Of a DNA stretch of 64,000 nucleotides, positions 18,664-28,469 are shown one piece after another. Position numbers and translations under genes: made by a program. The DNA comes from Pseudomonadota bacterium. Lineage in GTDB: Bacteria > Bdellovibrionota > Bdellovibrionia > Bdellovibrionales > Bdellovibrionaceae. Within the stretch, counting starts at the first letter, position 1; the number at the start of each line of letters is the position of its first letter. The stretch is from NCBI GenBank assembly GCA_041178425.1, contig JBEGVH010000006.1:219643-283642 (forward strand). Direction: 5' to 3'. Below the pieces are notes generated by a model. It was not told the DNA's origin. It worked only from the letters and a program-made list of their open reading frames with translations, and searched no databases.

Positions 18664-19776
18664 ATGATTAAAAATCAAAAACCTGTTTATTATCCTGATT
18701 ACCTTCAATTATTTAAACTCTTGGATAGTCAGCATCCAAAAAGTCTTGAAGCCGGCAAAGAGGCTCACGATGAAATGCTCTTTATCGTTGTTCACCAGGC
18801 CTATGAACTTTGGTTTAAGCAGATTCTTCATGAACTAAAGCCGGTGCTCACCATTTTCAACAAAGAGCGCGTTGAAGAGCATGAACTTGGGTTTATCTTG
18901 GCGCGCTTCGAGCGGGTGATTAAAATTCAATCCCTGTTTCAGTCTCAGTTAGAAGTTCTCGAAACCATGACTCCTATGGATTTTCTTGAGTTCCGCGATC
19001 TCTTAATTCCAGCTTCTGGCTTTCAAAGCGTTCAGTTCAAAACGATTGAAACAGTGATGGGCCTAACAACTGCCACTCGGTACACCGTCGACCGCGAGTC
19101 TTTCTTGGGCCGCCTCAGCGCCGGAGATAAAAAACAAATCGAAGACCTTGAAAAACATGACTCTCTCTTTAAATTAATGGAGCGATGGCTAATTCGACTC
19201 CCCTTCACCGAAAAAACCAGCTTTGTTTTTTGGCAACAGTACGAAGCGGCTGTTGATGCGATGCTCGCAAAGGATGAAGCCGTCATTAATGACAACCCTC
19301 ATACGAGCGATTTCGAAAAAAATATTCAAAAGGATTATCTTCAAACCACAAAACGAACCTTTCAGAGTCTTTTCGATGATACAATTCACGATGAACTGAT
19401 TTCAAAGGGTCAACGACGACTTGCTCGAAAGGCCATTCTCAATGCCTTGTTTATCTTTCTCTACCGCGACGAGCCGCTGATGCACCTGCCGTACAAGCTT
19501 TTAAATGCCCTCATTGATATTGATGAAAATTTCACCAGCTGGCGCCATCGCCATGCCATGATGGCTCACCGAATGCTCGGAACAAAAATTGGAACCGGCG
19601 GAACGTCAGGGCAGGAATACCTAAAAAAGGCAGCAGACCAAAACCGAGTTTATCTCGATCTTTTTAATCTATCGACCTTCATTATTCCAAAGTCAGCACT
19701 TCCGGTGCTTCCTCCTTCTTTAAGGCAAGAACTCAATTTTCACTATGCCTCAAAAACAGAAGGGATGAACCATTGA
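18664..19776 (+). CDS. kynA: Tryptophan 2,3-dioxygenase (long form)
   Basis: HDEMLFIVVHQAYELWFKQ, PASGFQS.QF and WRHRH...GTGGTSG motifs; GAGGAG RBS before ATG 18664. Confidence 0.96.
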   Translation: MIKNQKPVYYPDYLQLFKLLDSQHPKSLEAGKEAHDEMLFIVVHQAYELWFKQILHELKPVLTIFNKERVEEHELGFILARFERVIKIQSLFQSQLEVLETMTPMDFLEFRDLLIPASGFQSVQFKTIETVMGLTTATRYTVDRESFLGRLSAGDKKQIEDLEKHDSLFKLMERWLIRLPFTEKTSFVFWQQYEAAVDAMLAKDEAVINDNPHTSDFEKNIQKDYLQTTKRTFQSLFDDTIHDELISKGQRRLARKAILNALFIFLYRDEPLMHLPYKLLNALIDIDENFTSWRHRHAMMAHRMLGTKIGTGGTSGQEYLKKAADQNRVYLDLFNLSTFIIPKSALPVLPPSLRQELNFHYASKTEGMNH

Positions 19777-19911
19777 GGTGACCCCGTCGTAAAAATGGAG
19801 AGAGGGCAATATTTATTTCACCACCTCTCCTTGATTATTGTAGCAGTTTTACTTGCCCATTAATGCCCCTTTCTGTAGTTTGCCGATTCGAAATTCAAAG
19901 GGGGCCTGGTC

Positions 19912-20625
19912 ATGAAAGCATTTGCTTTATCTTTTATCCTTCAATTAGCTATTAGCTGTCCTATTTTTGCAGAAACGTCCAAAGACAACCTTCCTGACCT
20001 TGTGTCTCCCGATGAGCTTCAAGAAGAACTTCAATTACCCGAAGCCAAAACCCTTGTTTTTGATGGTGAATTTGAGACCTTAGGCATCGAAGAATGGTCC
20101 GACATGAATGGCATCGACCTCACCCAGCATTTTGAGGTCGTAGTTGTTGTAAACAAAGCGAAAAGCGGACCAGAAGCTCAAAAAGCCCAAGTTTATTTGA
20201 GCGGCCGCCACTACAAAACCTTCACGGTTTCGACCGGTCGCGAAAAACTCGAGCTCGCTCCTAGTGGTAAAGTCTACCGCTCCGTCACACCCCAGGGCTG
20301 GTTTCGCCCCATTTACTTTAGCCCGAATCACTTTTCTGAAACTTGGAAAGCCCCAATGCCATGGGCCGTTTTTTTCAACGGCGGCATTGCTCTTCATGCC
20401 ACCACTCGAAGCCACTATGACGAACTTGGCCAACGAGCCTCGGGCGGCTGCGTTCGCTTGCACCACGATGATGCAAAAGAACTTTATCATCTGATAAAAA
20501 ACGCAGGAAAAGGGGCTGTACCAAAATTTAAACAATCAGGTAGAATCATCCGTGACTCTATGGGAAGAATTAAATTAGAGCATAATTACAATACTTTGAT
20601 CATTGTTGAGAATTCTCAAGGATAG
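19912..20625 (+). CDS. L,D-transpeptidase (YkuD)
   Basis: Signal peptide; VSTG, MPWAVFF and ALHA...ASGGCVRL motifs. Confidence 0.9.
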   Translation: MKAFALSFILQLAISCPIFAETSKDNLPDLVSPDELQEELQLPEAKTLVFDGEFETLGIEEWSDMNGIDLTQHFEVVVVVNKAKSGPEAQKAQVYLSGRHYKTFTVSTGREKLELAPSGKVYRSVTPQGWFRPIYFSPNHFSETWKAPMPWAVFFNGGIALHATTRSHYDELGQRASGGCVRLHHDDAKELYHLIKNAGKGAVPKFKQSGRIIRDSMGRIKLEHNYNTLIIVENSQG

Positions 20626-20640
20626 ATTCAAAGTTCATAC

Positions 20641-21459
20641 TTACTGATAAATATCTCCGAAATGCGACCGACAATGTTCTTCGAGGGCAGGGTATTCATA
20701 AACGACCTTGCCTTCAAACCCCGACGCCGAATAGACACAACGGCAGTTCTCATCGAGTTTGATTTCAGTTAATTGCGGCAGGGCTGTCGAAGGCGCAATC
20801 AATCCAGCGATTGCATTTCCATCCACATTAGGTGTGTTGATCTTGTAAATATTAGAATCGTTCAAGTGACTCAATTCTGTTGTTGTTAGGTCTTGATTCG
20901 AGGGAGTGCAGGAAGCATTTGAGCGCAAAGCAAGAATATCTTTGGCTCGAAACTCCCTTGCACATGTGTAGTCGCTGGTTCGCTGAACCGTTTCTAATAC
21001 TTTCGTTTCGCAATAAAATGAAAACTCCTCACAGAGAAATCGATTTCGGATCAACTGAGTGCTGACCGTTGCCTCACAACTCAATCCGTCCGCTTGGGGA
21101 CTCATGAGTATCTCATGTTCTACGTCGCTATAAAGTAACTCTGACTCCCTAACAATGGCAGGATAACTCACCTGCTGGGCCGTTGGAACAATCGTGGGTG
21201 TGGGCGTTGCCGTGGGAGTGGGCGTTGGTGTTACGGTGGGAGTGACTGTTGGACTCGGAGTGACCGTGGGCGTCGGCGTTGCTGTCGGTGTTTCTGTGGG
21301 TTCGGGAGTGGGAGTTCCCGTTCCAATCGGCTCGGGTGTGCTCAATGGGATCGGTTTAGAGGGAAGATCTCTAAAAAAAACATTCTGAGAACACGCCATG
21401 TTCGTCAGCGACAAGAGAATGACTGTTAAAAATGAAAGTTGAACCATCCCCTTTTTCAA
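20641..21459 (-). CDS. Lipoprotein with Pro/Thr-rich linker and Cys-containing C-terminal domain
   Basis: Lipobox-like NMAC; TPTP repeats; TTG 21459 follows GGGAGG. Confidence 0.75.
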   Translation of the reverse strand: MKKGMVQLSFLTVILLSLTNMACSQNVFFRDLPSKPIPLSTPEPIGTGTPTPEPTETPTATPTPTVTPSPTVTPTVTPTPTPTATPTPTIVPTAQQVSYPAIVRESELLYSDVEHEILMSPQADGLSCEATVSTQLIRNRFLCEEFSFYCETKVLETVQRTSDYTCAREFRAKDILALRSNASCTPSNQDLTTTELSHLNDSNIYKINTPNVDGNAIAGLIAPSTALPQLTEIKLDENCRCVYSASGFEGKVVYEYPALEEHCRSHFGDIYQ

Positions 21460-21484
21460 AAAGCCTCCCCTGCCAAACACAAGA

Positions 21485-21501
21485 AGCAAAAGTGAGGCCC
21501 G
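21485..21501 (-). promoter_or_regulatory. sigma54-like promoter (-24/-12)
   Basis: GG-CCTCACTTTT-GC (GG-N10-GC with TTGC). Confidence 0.5.
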
Positions 21502-21641
21502 CTCTAGAGGGCTCCTGTTCGTCTTGGCTGATTAGGCCCTAGACACCTGAGTAAAGAGTTCCGTACACTCAGAGAAGGAAGTCTCACTTTTAGACGTTAG
21601 TCTTGTTTCTCAATATGGAGCAATCACGCTAGGATGGATCT

Positions 21642-22814
21642 ATGGCACAAAAATTAAGTTTCATTTTCTTCGTCTCCACGATGCTTTTAATGACAAGCGC
21701 GGGATGCTATTACATCGGAAAAAAAATCCTTTGGACCTTTCCTGATCTTCAAACAAAAAGGATTTATGTTTTTATTACACTTTTTTTGTTTGTTCTCGTT
21801 CAGGCATTGGGGCCTTTTTTGTATCGCATGAACCCGTCCTCTGAAGCGCGCCCCTTTATTCTGCAGTGGATCACCTATGTATCACTCGGTTTTATGGCCA
21901 GTCTTTTGTTCTACTTTTTAGCTGCCGAGACCATCGCATGGTTCGTAAAAAAAATTCCCCTCTTTATGCAATCCCCAGAGCAAGCTGAAAACCTAGAACG
22001 CCGTTTATTTTTAGGGGTTGGGCTCTTTTCTCTAGCTTCTGCCACAGCAGGAACGCTCACAGCCATCGAGGGTCCACAAATCGAAAATGTCGAAGTGCCA
22101 CTCAAGCCACTTCCTCCTGAGTTTCATCAATTTAAGATTGCGCAAATCTCCGACCTTCATGTAGGCCCCACGATCAATCGGGATTATGCCCAAAAGGTCG
22201 TTGACCTCACTTTAGCTCAAAAACCCGACGTCATTGTACTCACTGGCGACATGGTAGACGGCTATCCTGAACAATTGCGATCACAATTAGAACCCCTTAA
22301 ATCTCTCACTGCGCCCCATGGAATTTATTACTGCTCTGGCAATCACGAATACTATTGGGGCGGGCCTCAATGGTGCGAAGAATTCAAAAACATGGGCTTT
22401 GAGGTTTTAAACAATGAGCACCGATTCATTACAAAAGGAGAATCTAAAGTTTGCATCGGAGGAATTCCCGACATTAAAGCGCATCAGTTTATTCCCGAGC
22501 ACCGAGCCGATGCCGTTAAAACTTTTTCAGGTGTTTCATCTGAAACAACCAAAATTCTACTCGCTCATCAGCCCGCCGCTTATAAACAGTCACTCGAAGC
22601 CGGCGTTCATCTTCAGCTCTCTGGCCATACGCACGGTGGACAATTTTTCCCTTGGAGCATCTTCGTAGCCCTCACTCAAAAATTTTATCGCGGACTCTAT
22701 TTTCATGAGAATCTTTGGGTGTATACTAACCGCGGAACGGGTTATTGGGGGCCTCCGCAGCGTTTTGCCATACCACCCGAAATAACTCTCATCACCTTAA
22801 AGAAGGAAAGCTAA
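21642..22814 (+). CDS. Membrane-anchored metallophosphoesterase (YkuE/YaeI-like)
   Basis: SDLH, TGD, GNHE, LAHQP and SGHTHGGQ motifs; N-terminal TMs. Confidence 0.92.
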   Translation: MAQKLSFIFFVSTMLLMTSAGCYYIGKKILWTFPDLQTKRIYVFITLFLFVLVQALGPFLYRMNPSSEARPFILQWITYVSLGFMASLLFYFLAAETIAWFVKKIPLFMQSPEQAENLERRLFLGVGLFSLASATAGTLTAIEGPQIENVEVPLKPLPPEFHQFKIAQISDLHVGPTINRDYAQKVVDLTLAQKPDVIVLTGDMVDGYPEQLRSQLEPLKSLTAPHGIYYCSGNHEYYWGGPQWCEEFKNMGFEVLNNEHRFITKGESKVCIGGIPDIKAHQFIPEHRADAVKTFSGVSSETTKILLAHQPAAYKQSLEAGVHLQLSGHTHGGQFFPWSIFVALTQKFYRGLYFHENLWVYTNRGTGYWGPPQRFAIPPEITLITLKKES

Positions 22815-23114
22815 ATGTCTCAGGAAACCCAAGGCGAATTAGATGTTGTACAAAAAACAGATGTTCCCCGTCGGTTCAAGGTGATTTTACTTAATGATGA
22901 CTTCACTCCGATGAACTTCGTGACGCTCGTTCTGCAACGCTATTTCAACAAAACAGAAGAAGAGGCAGAAAAGATTATGCTCGATGTTCACCAGCAAGGG
23001 GCGGGAGTGGCTGGCATTTACACAAAAGAAATTGCCGAGATGAAAGTTCACCAGGTTAATAGCGTATCGAAGCAAAATGAATATCCACTCAAAACCATCA
23101 TGGAGGCTGAATAA
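22815..23114 (+). CDS. clpS: Clp protease adaptor ClpS
   Basis: VILLNDDFTPMNFV, MLDVHQQG and YPL motifs. Confidence 0.96.
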   Translation: MSQETQGELDVVQKTDVPRRFKVILLNDDFTPMNFVTLVLQRYFNKTEEEAEKIMLDVHQQGAGVAGIYTKEIAEMKVHQVNSVSKQNEYPLKTIMEAE

Positions 23115-25420
23115 TGTTAAGTCGAGAATTAGAACGCCTACTTTCTGAAGCGGCCGAATCGGCAAAAAAGAAACGCCATGAATTTATCACCAGCGAACAC
23201 ATTCTTCTCACGCTCACTCGTTCCCCCTTTATTGTAGAGATTATCGAGGCCTGCGGTGGCAACATCCAGCAGTTAAAAAAACAACTCGAAGTGGATATCA
23301 AGAAAAATAGTCCCGTGGTCTCAAAAGAACAAATCGAACTCGCCGGCGGAGAGAGTCTCTGGATGCCAGAGTTTACGCTCGCCGCTCACCGCCTCCTACA
23401 AAGAGCTGCGATGCAAGTTCAGAGCTCTGGCAAAAAAGAAGTGACGGTTGCACACGTTCTTATTGCCCTCTACTACGAAAACAATTCCCCCGCCGCTTTT
23501 TATCTGAACCAACAGGGAATCCGTCAATTCGATATCATACAATACATCTCTCACGGTCGTGCCCCAACTCCCGTAGAGCCGGCCACCGAACAAGAGGGTG
23601 AGACCACCTCCGGAACCCAGAATCTTCTCGATTCAGTTTGTGTAAACCTGAATGAAAAAGTTCGGCGTGGCCAATCTGATCCTATGATTGGACGAGACGA
23701 TGTGATTGAACGAGCCATCCAGATACTTTGCCGCCGCAGCAAAAACAACCCCCTCTTTATTGGCGAACCCGGTGTTGGAAAAACAGCCCTCGCCGAGGGT
23801 ATCGCCCAACGCATCGAAGAGGGTAAGGTTCCGGATCGGCTCGAAAAGGCTGTCATCTATGCTCTCGACATGGGAAGCCTCATGGCCGGCACTAAGTTCC
23901 GCGGAGATTTCGAAACGAAAATTAAAAATATCCTTAAAGAGCTCGCCGCTCAGCCCAAGGCTATTTTAATGATCGACGAAATTCATACTTTAGTGGGAGC
24001 CGGCGCGACTAATGGTGGCAGCCTTGATGCGGCCAATCTCTTAAAACCCATGCTCGCCGATGGACGCCTCAGCTGCATCGGAACCACCACCCACCAAGAA
24101 TATCGCCAACACTTCGAAAAAGACCGCGCCCTGAATCGCCGTTTTCAACGCATCGATGTGAACGAACCCACCCTCGAAGAAAGCATCGCCATTCTTCAAG
24201 GGCTACAATCGCGCTATGAGGAGTTTCATAAAGTTCGATTCACTCCCGCAGCTCTCCGAGCGGCCGTTGAACTCTCATCCAAATATCTTCATGGTCGCCA
24301 CCTTCCGGATAAAGCCATCGACGTTATCGACGAGGCAGGATCTCGAGTTAAACTTCAACCCGACTTGGCTCCTCAAGGACTGATCGATGAAAAAGTGATC
24401 GAAAAAGTGATCGCGTCGATCACGCAAATCCCCGTAGGAACAATTACACTCAATGACGTTCAACAATTGCGTGATCTTGATAAAAAACTCAAAGCTCACA
24501 TCTTTGGCCAAGAAGAAGCGATCAGCACCCTCGTGAATGCGATTAAACTCTCGCGCTCAGGATTGAGTCGCGAAAACAAACCGATAGGCGCCTTTTTATT
24601 TAGTGGCCCCACCGGGGTCGGTAAAACAGAGGTTTGCAAACAGCTCGCTCAAATCATGGGGCTGCCATTGGTGCGCTTTGATATGAGCGAATACATGGAA
24701 AAACACGCCGTTTCTCGACTGGTTGGCGCGCCTCCCGGTTATGTTGGCTTTGAACAGGGTGGAATGTTGACTGAGGCGGTGAATCGTTCGCCCTATTGTG
24801 TTTTACTGATGGACGAAATCGAAAAAGCTCATCCTGATATTTGGCCCATTCTCTTGCAAGTGATGGATGCTGGCCGATTAACAGACAGCAATGGTCGAAC
24901 CTCTGATATGCGTCATGTGATTCTTGTAATGACGACGAACGCTGGAGCAGCAGACGTGGCCAAGGGTCGCATTGGAATCGGACAAGACGATCGACAAGGC
25001 ATCTCCCTCAGTGCTATAAAAAATGTCTTCACTCCAGAGTTTCTCAACCGCCTCGATGCGATTGTGGCCTTTAAGGATCTCAACGAAGAGATTATACTTC
25101 AGGTGGTGGATAAATTTATTCATGAGCTTAGCCTTCAGTTGCTCGCTAAAAACGTGACCATCGACGTGAGTCCATCCGCTCGCCAATTTTTGGTAAAAAA
25201 AGGTTACGATCGAGCCTATGGAGCTCGTCCGATGGCGCGTGCCATCGACGAACATCTTAAAAAACTTTTGGTTGATGAACTGCTCTTTGGCCCCCTCTCT
25301 CAAGGCGGAGAAGTTCTTGTAGATTGGCCACCAAACGCCGAAAAGCTAGTGATTTCAACGCGTTCAAAAGTATTAGCACTCGCCACCCTTGACAAAACAA
25401 AAACAGAACCGATTATATGA
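23114..25420 (+). CDS. clpA: ATP-dependent Clp protease ATPase ClpA
   Basis: Two AAA+ modules (GEPGVGKT, GPTGVGKT), IGI loop; directly after clpS. Confidence 0.96.
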   Translation: MLSRELERLLSEAAESAKKKRHEFITSEHILLTLTRSPFIVEIIEACGGNIQQLKKQLEVDIKKNSPVVSKEQIELAGGESLWMPEFTLAAHRLLQRAAMQVQSSGKKEVTVAHVLIALYYENNSPAAFYLNQQGIRQFDIIQYISHGRAPTPVEPATEQEGETTSGTQNLLDSVCVNLNEKVRRGQSDPMIGRDDVIERAIQILCRRSKNNPLFIGEPGVGKTALAEGIAQRIEEGKVPDRLEKAVIYALDMGSLMAGTKFRGDFETKIKNILKELAAQPKAILMIDEIHTLVGAGATNGGSLDAANLLKPMLADGRLSCIGTTTHQEYRQHFEKDRALNRRFQRIDVNEPTLEESIAILQGLQSRYEEFHKVRFTPAALRAAVELSSKYLHGRHLPDKAIDVIDEAGSRVKLQPDLAPQGLIDEKVIEKVIASITQIPVGTITLNDVQQLRDLDKKLKAHIFGQEEAISTLVNAIKLSRSGLSRENKPIGAFLFSGPTGVGKTEVCKQLAQIMGLPLVRFDMSEYMEKHAVSRLVGAPPGYVGFEQGGMLTEAVNRSPYCVLLMDEIEKAHPDIWPILLQVMDAGRLTDSNGRTSDMRHVILVMTTNAGAADVAKGRIGIGQDDRQGISLSAIKNVFTPEFLNRLDAIVAFKDLNEEIILQVVDKFIHELSLQLLAKNVTIDVSPSARQFLVKKGYDRAYGARPMARAIDEHLKKLLVDELLFGPLSQGGEVLVDWPPNAEKLVISTRSKVLALATLDKTKTEPII

Positions 25421-25485
25421 GCTAAACGATCCCCTTTACAGATTCAATCTTAGAGGGGATAACGAGATTTAAAACTCAACAGAGG

Positions 25486-26412
25486 GTGTTTATGACATTT
25501 TTAAAGCGAATATTTCTCTTCTTACTCACAAACATTTTGGTCATTGCCACAATCAATATTTTGATTGGCCTTCTTTCTGCTTTTTTTGGAATTCAAATTC
25601 ATCCAGGAACCTACAGTGGGCTTTTGATTTTTAGTGCACTGATGGGTACGGGCGGAGCCTTCATTTCTCTCCTTCTGTCAAAAACCATGGCGAAATGGAG
25701 CATGGGAGTGGAGATCATTGACGCCCAAACGGCTAACTCAGAACAGCGGGCCTTGGTGGCCCTCGTTCATGATCTCGCTCGCAAAGCGAACCTTCCGGCG
25801 ATGCCCGAAGTTGGTTATTATAATAGCCCCGACATCAATGCTTTCGCCACAGGGCCCAGCAAAGGAAACTCTCTTGTTGCTGTGTCGACGGGTCTGCTTC
25901 AGCGCATGAGTAAAGATGAAGTTGAAGGCGTTTTAGGGCACGAAATTGCCCACATCGCCAACGGAGACATGGTTACACTGACTCTTGTTCAGGGGATCGT
26001 GAATACATTTACCATTTTCTTAGCGCGCGTACTTTCTGGAATCGTTAGCAGCCAGGTTGAAGAGAAAAACCGTTTCATGGTGCGCTGGATGATGACTCAG
26101 TTGTTTGATGTTTTGTTTGCGATTCTTGGGTCGATCGTTGTGAACTACTTCTCTCGCCTGCGCGAATTCCGCGCCGATGCGGGAAGTGCAAAGATCACGA
26201 GCAGAGAAAAAATGATTGCCGCTCTTCAAAAATTACAACTGGCCTATGGTTCGCCACTCCGAGCTGAAGAAGAGCCTGAAAGTGCCAATGCATTTAGTGC
26301 CTTCAAGATTTCTACTCGATCAAGAAAAGGCTTCATGCACCTCTTCTCTTCTCACCCACCCCTTGAAGAACGAATTGCAAAACTTCAAACGTTTAACGGT
26401 GGCGTGAGGTAA
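25486..26412 (+). CDS. htpX: Zinc metalloprotease HtpX
   Basis: NAFATG, HEIAH, SRLREFRAD and SHPPLEERI motifs. Confidence 0.95.
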   Translation: MFMTFLKRIFLFLLTNILVIATINILIGLLSAFFGIQIHPGTYSGLLIFSALMGTGGAFISLLLSKTMAKWSMGVEIIDAQTANSEQRALVALVHDLARKANLPAMPEVGYYNSPDINAFATGPSKGNSLVAVSTGLLQRMSKDEVEGVLGHEIAHIANGDMVTLTLVQGIVNTFTIFLARVLSGIVSSQVEEKNRFMVRWMMTQLFDVLFAILGSIVVNYFSRLREFRADAGSAKITSREKMIAALQKLQLAYGSPLRAEEEPESANAFSAFKISTRSRKGFMHLFSSHPPLEERIAKLQTFNGGVR

Positions 26413-26431
26413 GCCTGCCGCAGAGTCTGAT

Positions 26432-27508
26432 TTAACGGCTTAAGCAAGGCAATCGAGGATCGCGGGCGCATTCGACCGCCCGAAAGGCGTTCACAATACC
26501 ACTTGAAGCACATTTACTTTTTAGTGCAGGAATCACCGACGCCGTTCGCATCAAAATTTGTTTAGTTTGAGCGGCTGTTAGCTGTGGATTTACTGATCGA
26601 ACTAAACCGGCAATGGCCGCCACAATGGGGGTTGAAAACGATGTTCCGTTACCAGTGTACCATTTGCCGTCGGGCCAAGCCCCCCACAGATTCTCTCCTG
26701 GGGCAGCGATATGCACTTTGGTGGGGCTATAGTTAGCATTTTCCCACCACTTTCCGCTTTGGTCAGTAGAACCAACCGTCATTAAATTATCCATTTCGAA
26801 GTTAGCGGGATAAATACCATACTTATCGTTGGAATCTCCGTCATTGCCCGAAGAGACAACCACGAGAATATCTTTAGCTTCGGCTCGCCTGAGGGCATTG
26901 TGCAAATCCCGATCGTATCCCTCACCAGCCGTTGAAATATTCATAATTTTAACGCCCATGCGGGTCGCATAATCGATCGACTTTAATAGGTCTTCGTCGT
27001 CTCCAGCTCCATCAGCGTCTAAAAAACGAAGTGAAACTAAGCGGCAAAGCGGGCAAATGCCCATTCCGCCTTCTCCGTTGCTTCTTTGAGCAGCTATTAT
27101 GCTTGCAATGAAGGTTCCATGGCCATTGTCATCAAAAGGGAGAGGCCCTCCCTCATTAAAGTTCCAACCGATATAATCATCGACAAAACCATTGCGATCA
27201 TCATCGATACCGTTAAAGGGAATTTCGGCCGAGTTTTCGAAAAGAGCTGGCCGCAAATCGGGATGATTGTAATGGATTCCTGAATCAATCACAGCTATGG
27301 CAGTGTGAGGAGAACCGTATGTCATTTGCCAAGCTTCAAGAATATTCATGGCTGGAAAATACCAGTATTTTTGCCCGTGCGGATCGGGCCGCTGCGCTTC
27401 TTGCGGAGGGACGGGCTCTAAGACGGGAATTTTATTTTTGCGCTTTCCCGCGGCGGCAGACAATGAAATAAAAGTGACCAAACCCAAAGAAAAAAGGATT
27501 TTTTTCAA
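26432..27508 (-). CDS. Secreted subtilisin-like serine protease (S8)
   Basis: Catalytic triad motifs VIDSG, NGHGT and GTSFSTP; signal peptide. Confidence 0.93.
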   Translation of the reverse strand: MKKILFSLGLVTFISLSAAAGKRKNKIPVLEPVPPQEAQRPDPHGQKYWYFPAMNILEAWQMTYGSPHTAIAVIDSGIHYNHPDLRPALFENSAEIPFNGIDDDRNGFVDDYIGWNFNEGGPLPFDDNGHGTFIASIIAAQRSNGEGGMGICPLCRLVSLRFLDADGAGDDEDLLKSIDYATRMGVKIMNISTAGEGYDRDLHNALRRAEAKDILVVVSSGNDGDSNDKYGIYPANFEMDNLMTVGSTDQSGKWWENANYSPTKVHIAAPGENLWGAWPDGKWYTGNGTSFSTPIVAAIAGLVRSVNPQLTAAQTKQILMRTASVIPALKSKCASSGIVNAFRAVECARDPRLPCLSR

Positions 27509-27601
27509 AGCGGCAATCTCCTCAAATCTGACTGTTTAGGGCCCCACATAGACGATTCTGGGACCCTAAAGTCAAGGAGGAAATTAAGCCCTATTAATAT
27601 T

Positions 27602-28072
27602 TTAATGATTGGTTTTCATGACAGGTTCTTTCGAAACGACCTTACTACGATCCGTTCGAACTTGAATGACCGCTCCATCACTCACATCCTGAACCGCTAA
27701 AGAATCCATCTCGGCCATATTCACAGAATCAGCCGCTGCCAAATGATTCGCCTCATAGCCACCGAGTGCCGCCAAAACGCGATCCACCGCTTCTTCATCT
27801 GCTTTGACCTTTTTAACTTTTAAGCGCGTCGCTTTAGCCTGCTTCTTAACGAAGGGTCTTTGATACAAATAAGCCGGTCGAGCCGCGGCTGAAGCCAGCG
27901 TTCGCTTTTCCGGCAGCGGAATAACTCCGCGTTGAGCAGTATGGTGCACCGGAATAAACCTGTTTTGTTTGTATTTGCCTTGGCGCTCGTAGGCATGAGA
28001 AGCCTTTTGGCCACCTGCTGCTAATGCGTTAAAACCAATCAGACTCAAAACTAAGATCATTGCATATTTCAT
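27602..28072 (-). CDS. Secreted hypothetical protein
   Basis: Signal peptide MKYAMILV..ALA; basic N-half, acidic C-half. Confidence 0.7.
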   Translation of the reverse strand: MKYAMILVLSLIGFNALAAGGQKASHAYERQGKYKQNRFIPVHHTAQRGVIPLPEKRTLASAAARPAYLYQRPFVKKQAKATRLKVKKVKADEEAVDRVLAALGGYEANHLAAADSVNMAEMDSLAVQDVSDGAVIQVRTDRSKVVSKEPVMKTNH

Positions 28073-28469
28073 ATTATTTCCCCCACGACTCAAGAATAAA
28101 AAAAAGATGTGCTTTTTTCTATTCTCGAAACTTACGCACCTGTGCAACTATTAGTCGACTCACTACAAATGTTTTTGCGATAGCCACACAAAAACCCTTA
28201 AACTTAAAAACCCGCGAACAAAATCAAAGCATCCATATTAGATTTTTCAATAAAACACCCTCTCATTTTGAAACAAAGGGGTCTCAGTCCATCTCAACGT
28301 CGTGAAATTAGACAGTCCTACTACCGTCTCAAATCCAGCCACTTTTTTACTCCCACTTTACGTCTTACTCAGAAACACCTACACTTAAAAAGATCCGCGA
28401 CCCTAAACATTTTGAAACGTCACCGGTAGGGTTTGAAGCCGATACATAATTTTGTTATCGAGGGGGACT

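Noticed and set aside
21180..21320. GT-rich quasi-repeats and the Val/Gly-rich ORF 21194-21388
   Set aside because: Simply the antisense of a Pro/Thr linker.
22815..25420. Functional link between clpS-clpA and the NTAQ1-like genes (N-degron pathway)
   Set aside because: They are ~34 kb apart and the NTAQ1-like proteins appear exported; clpSA is ordinary housekeeping.
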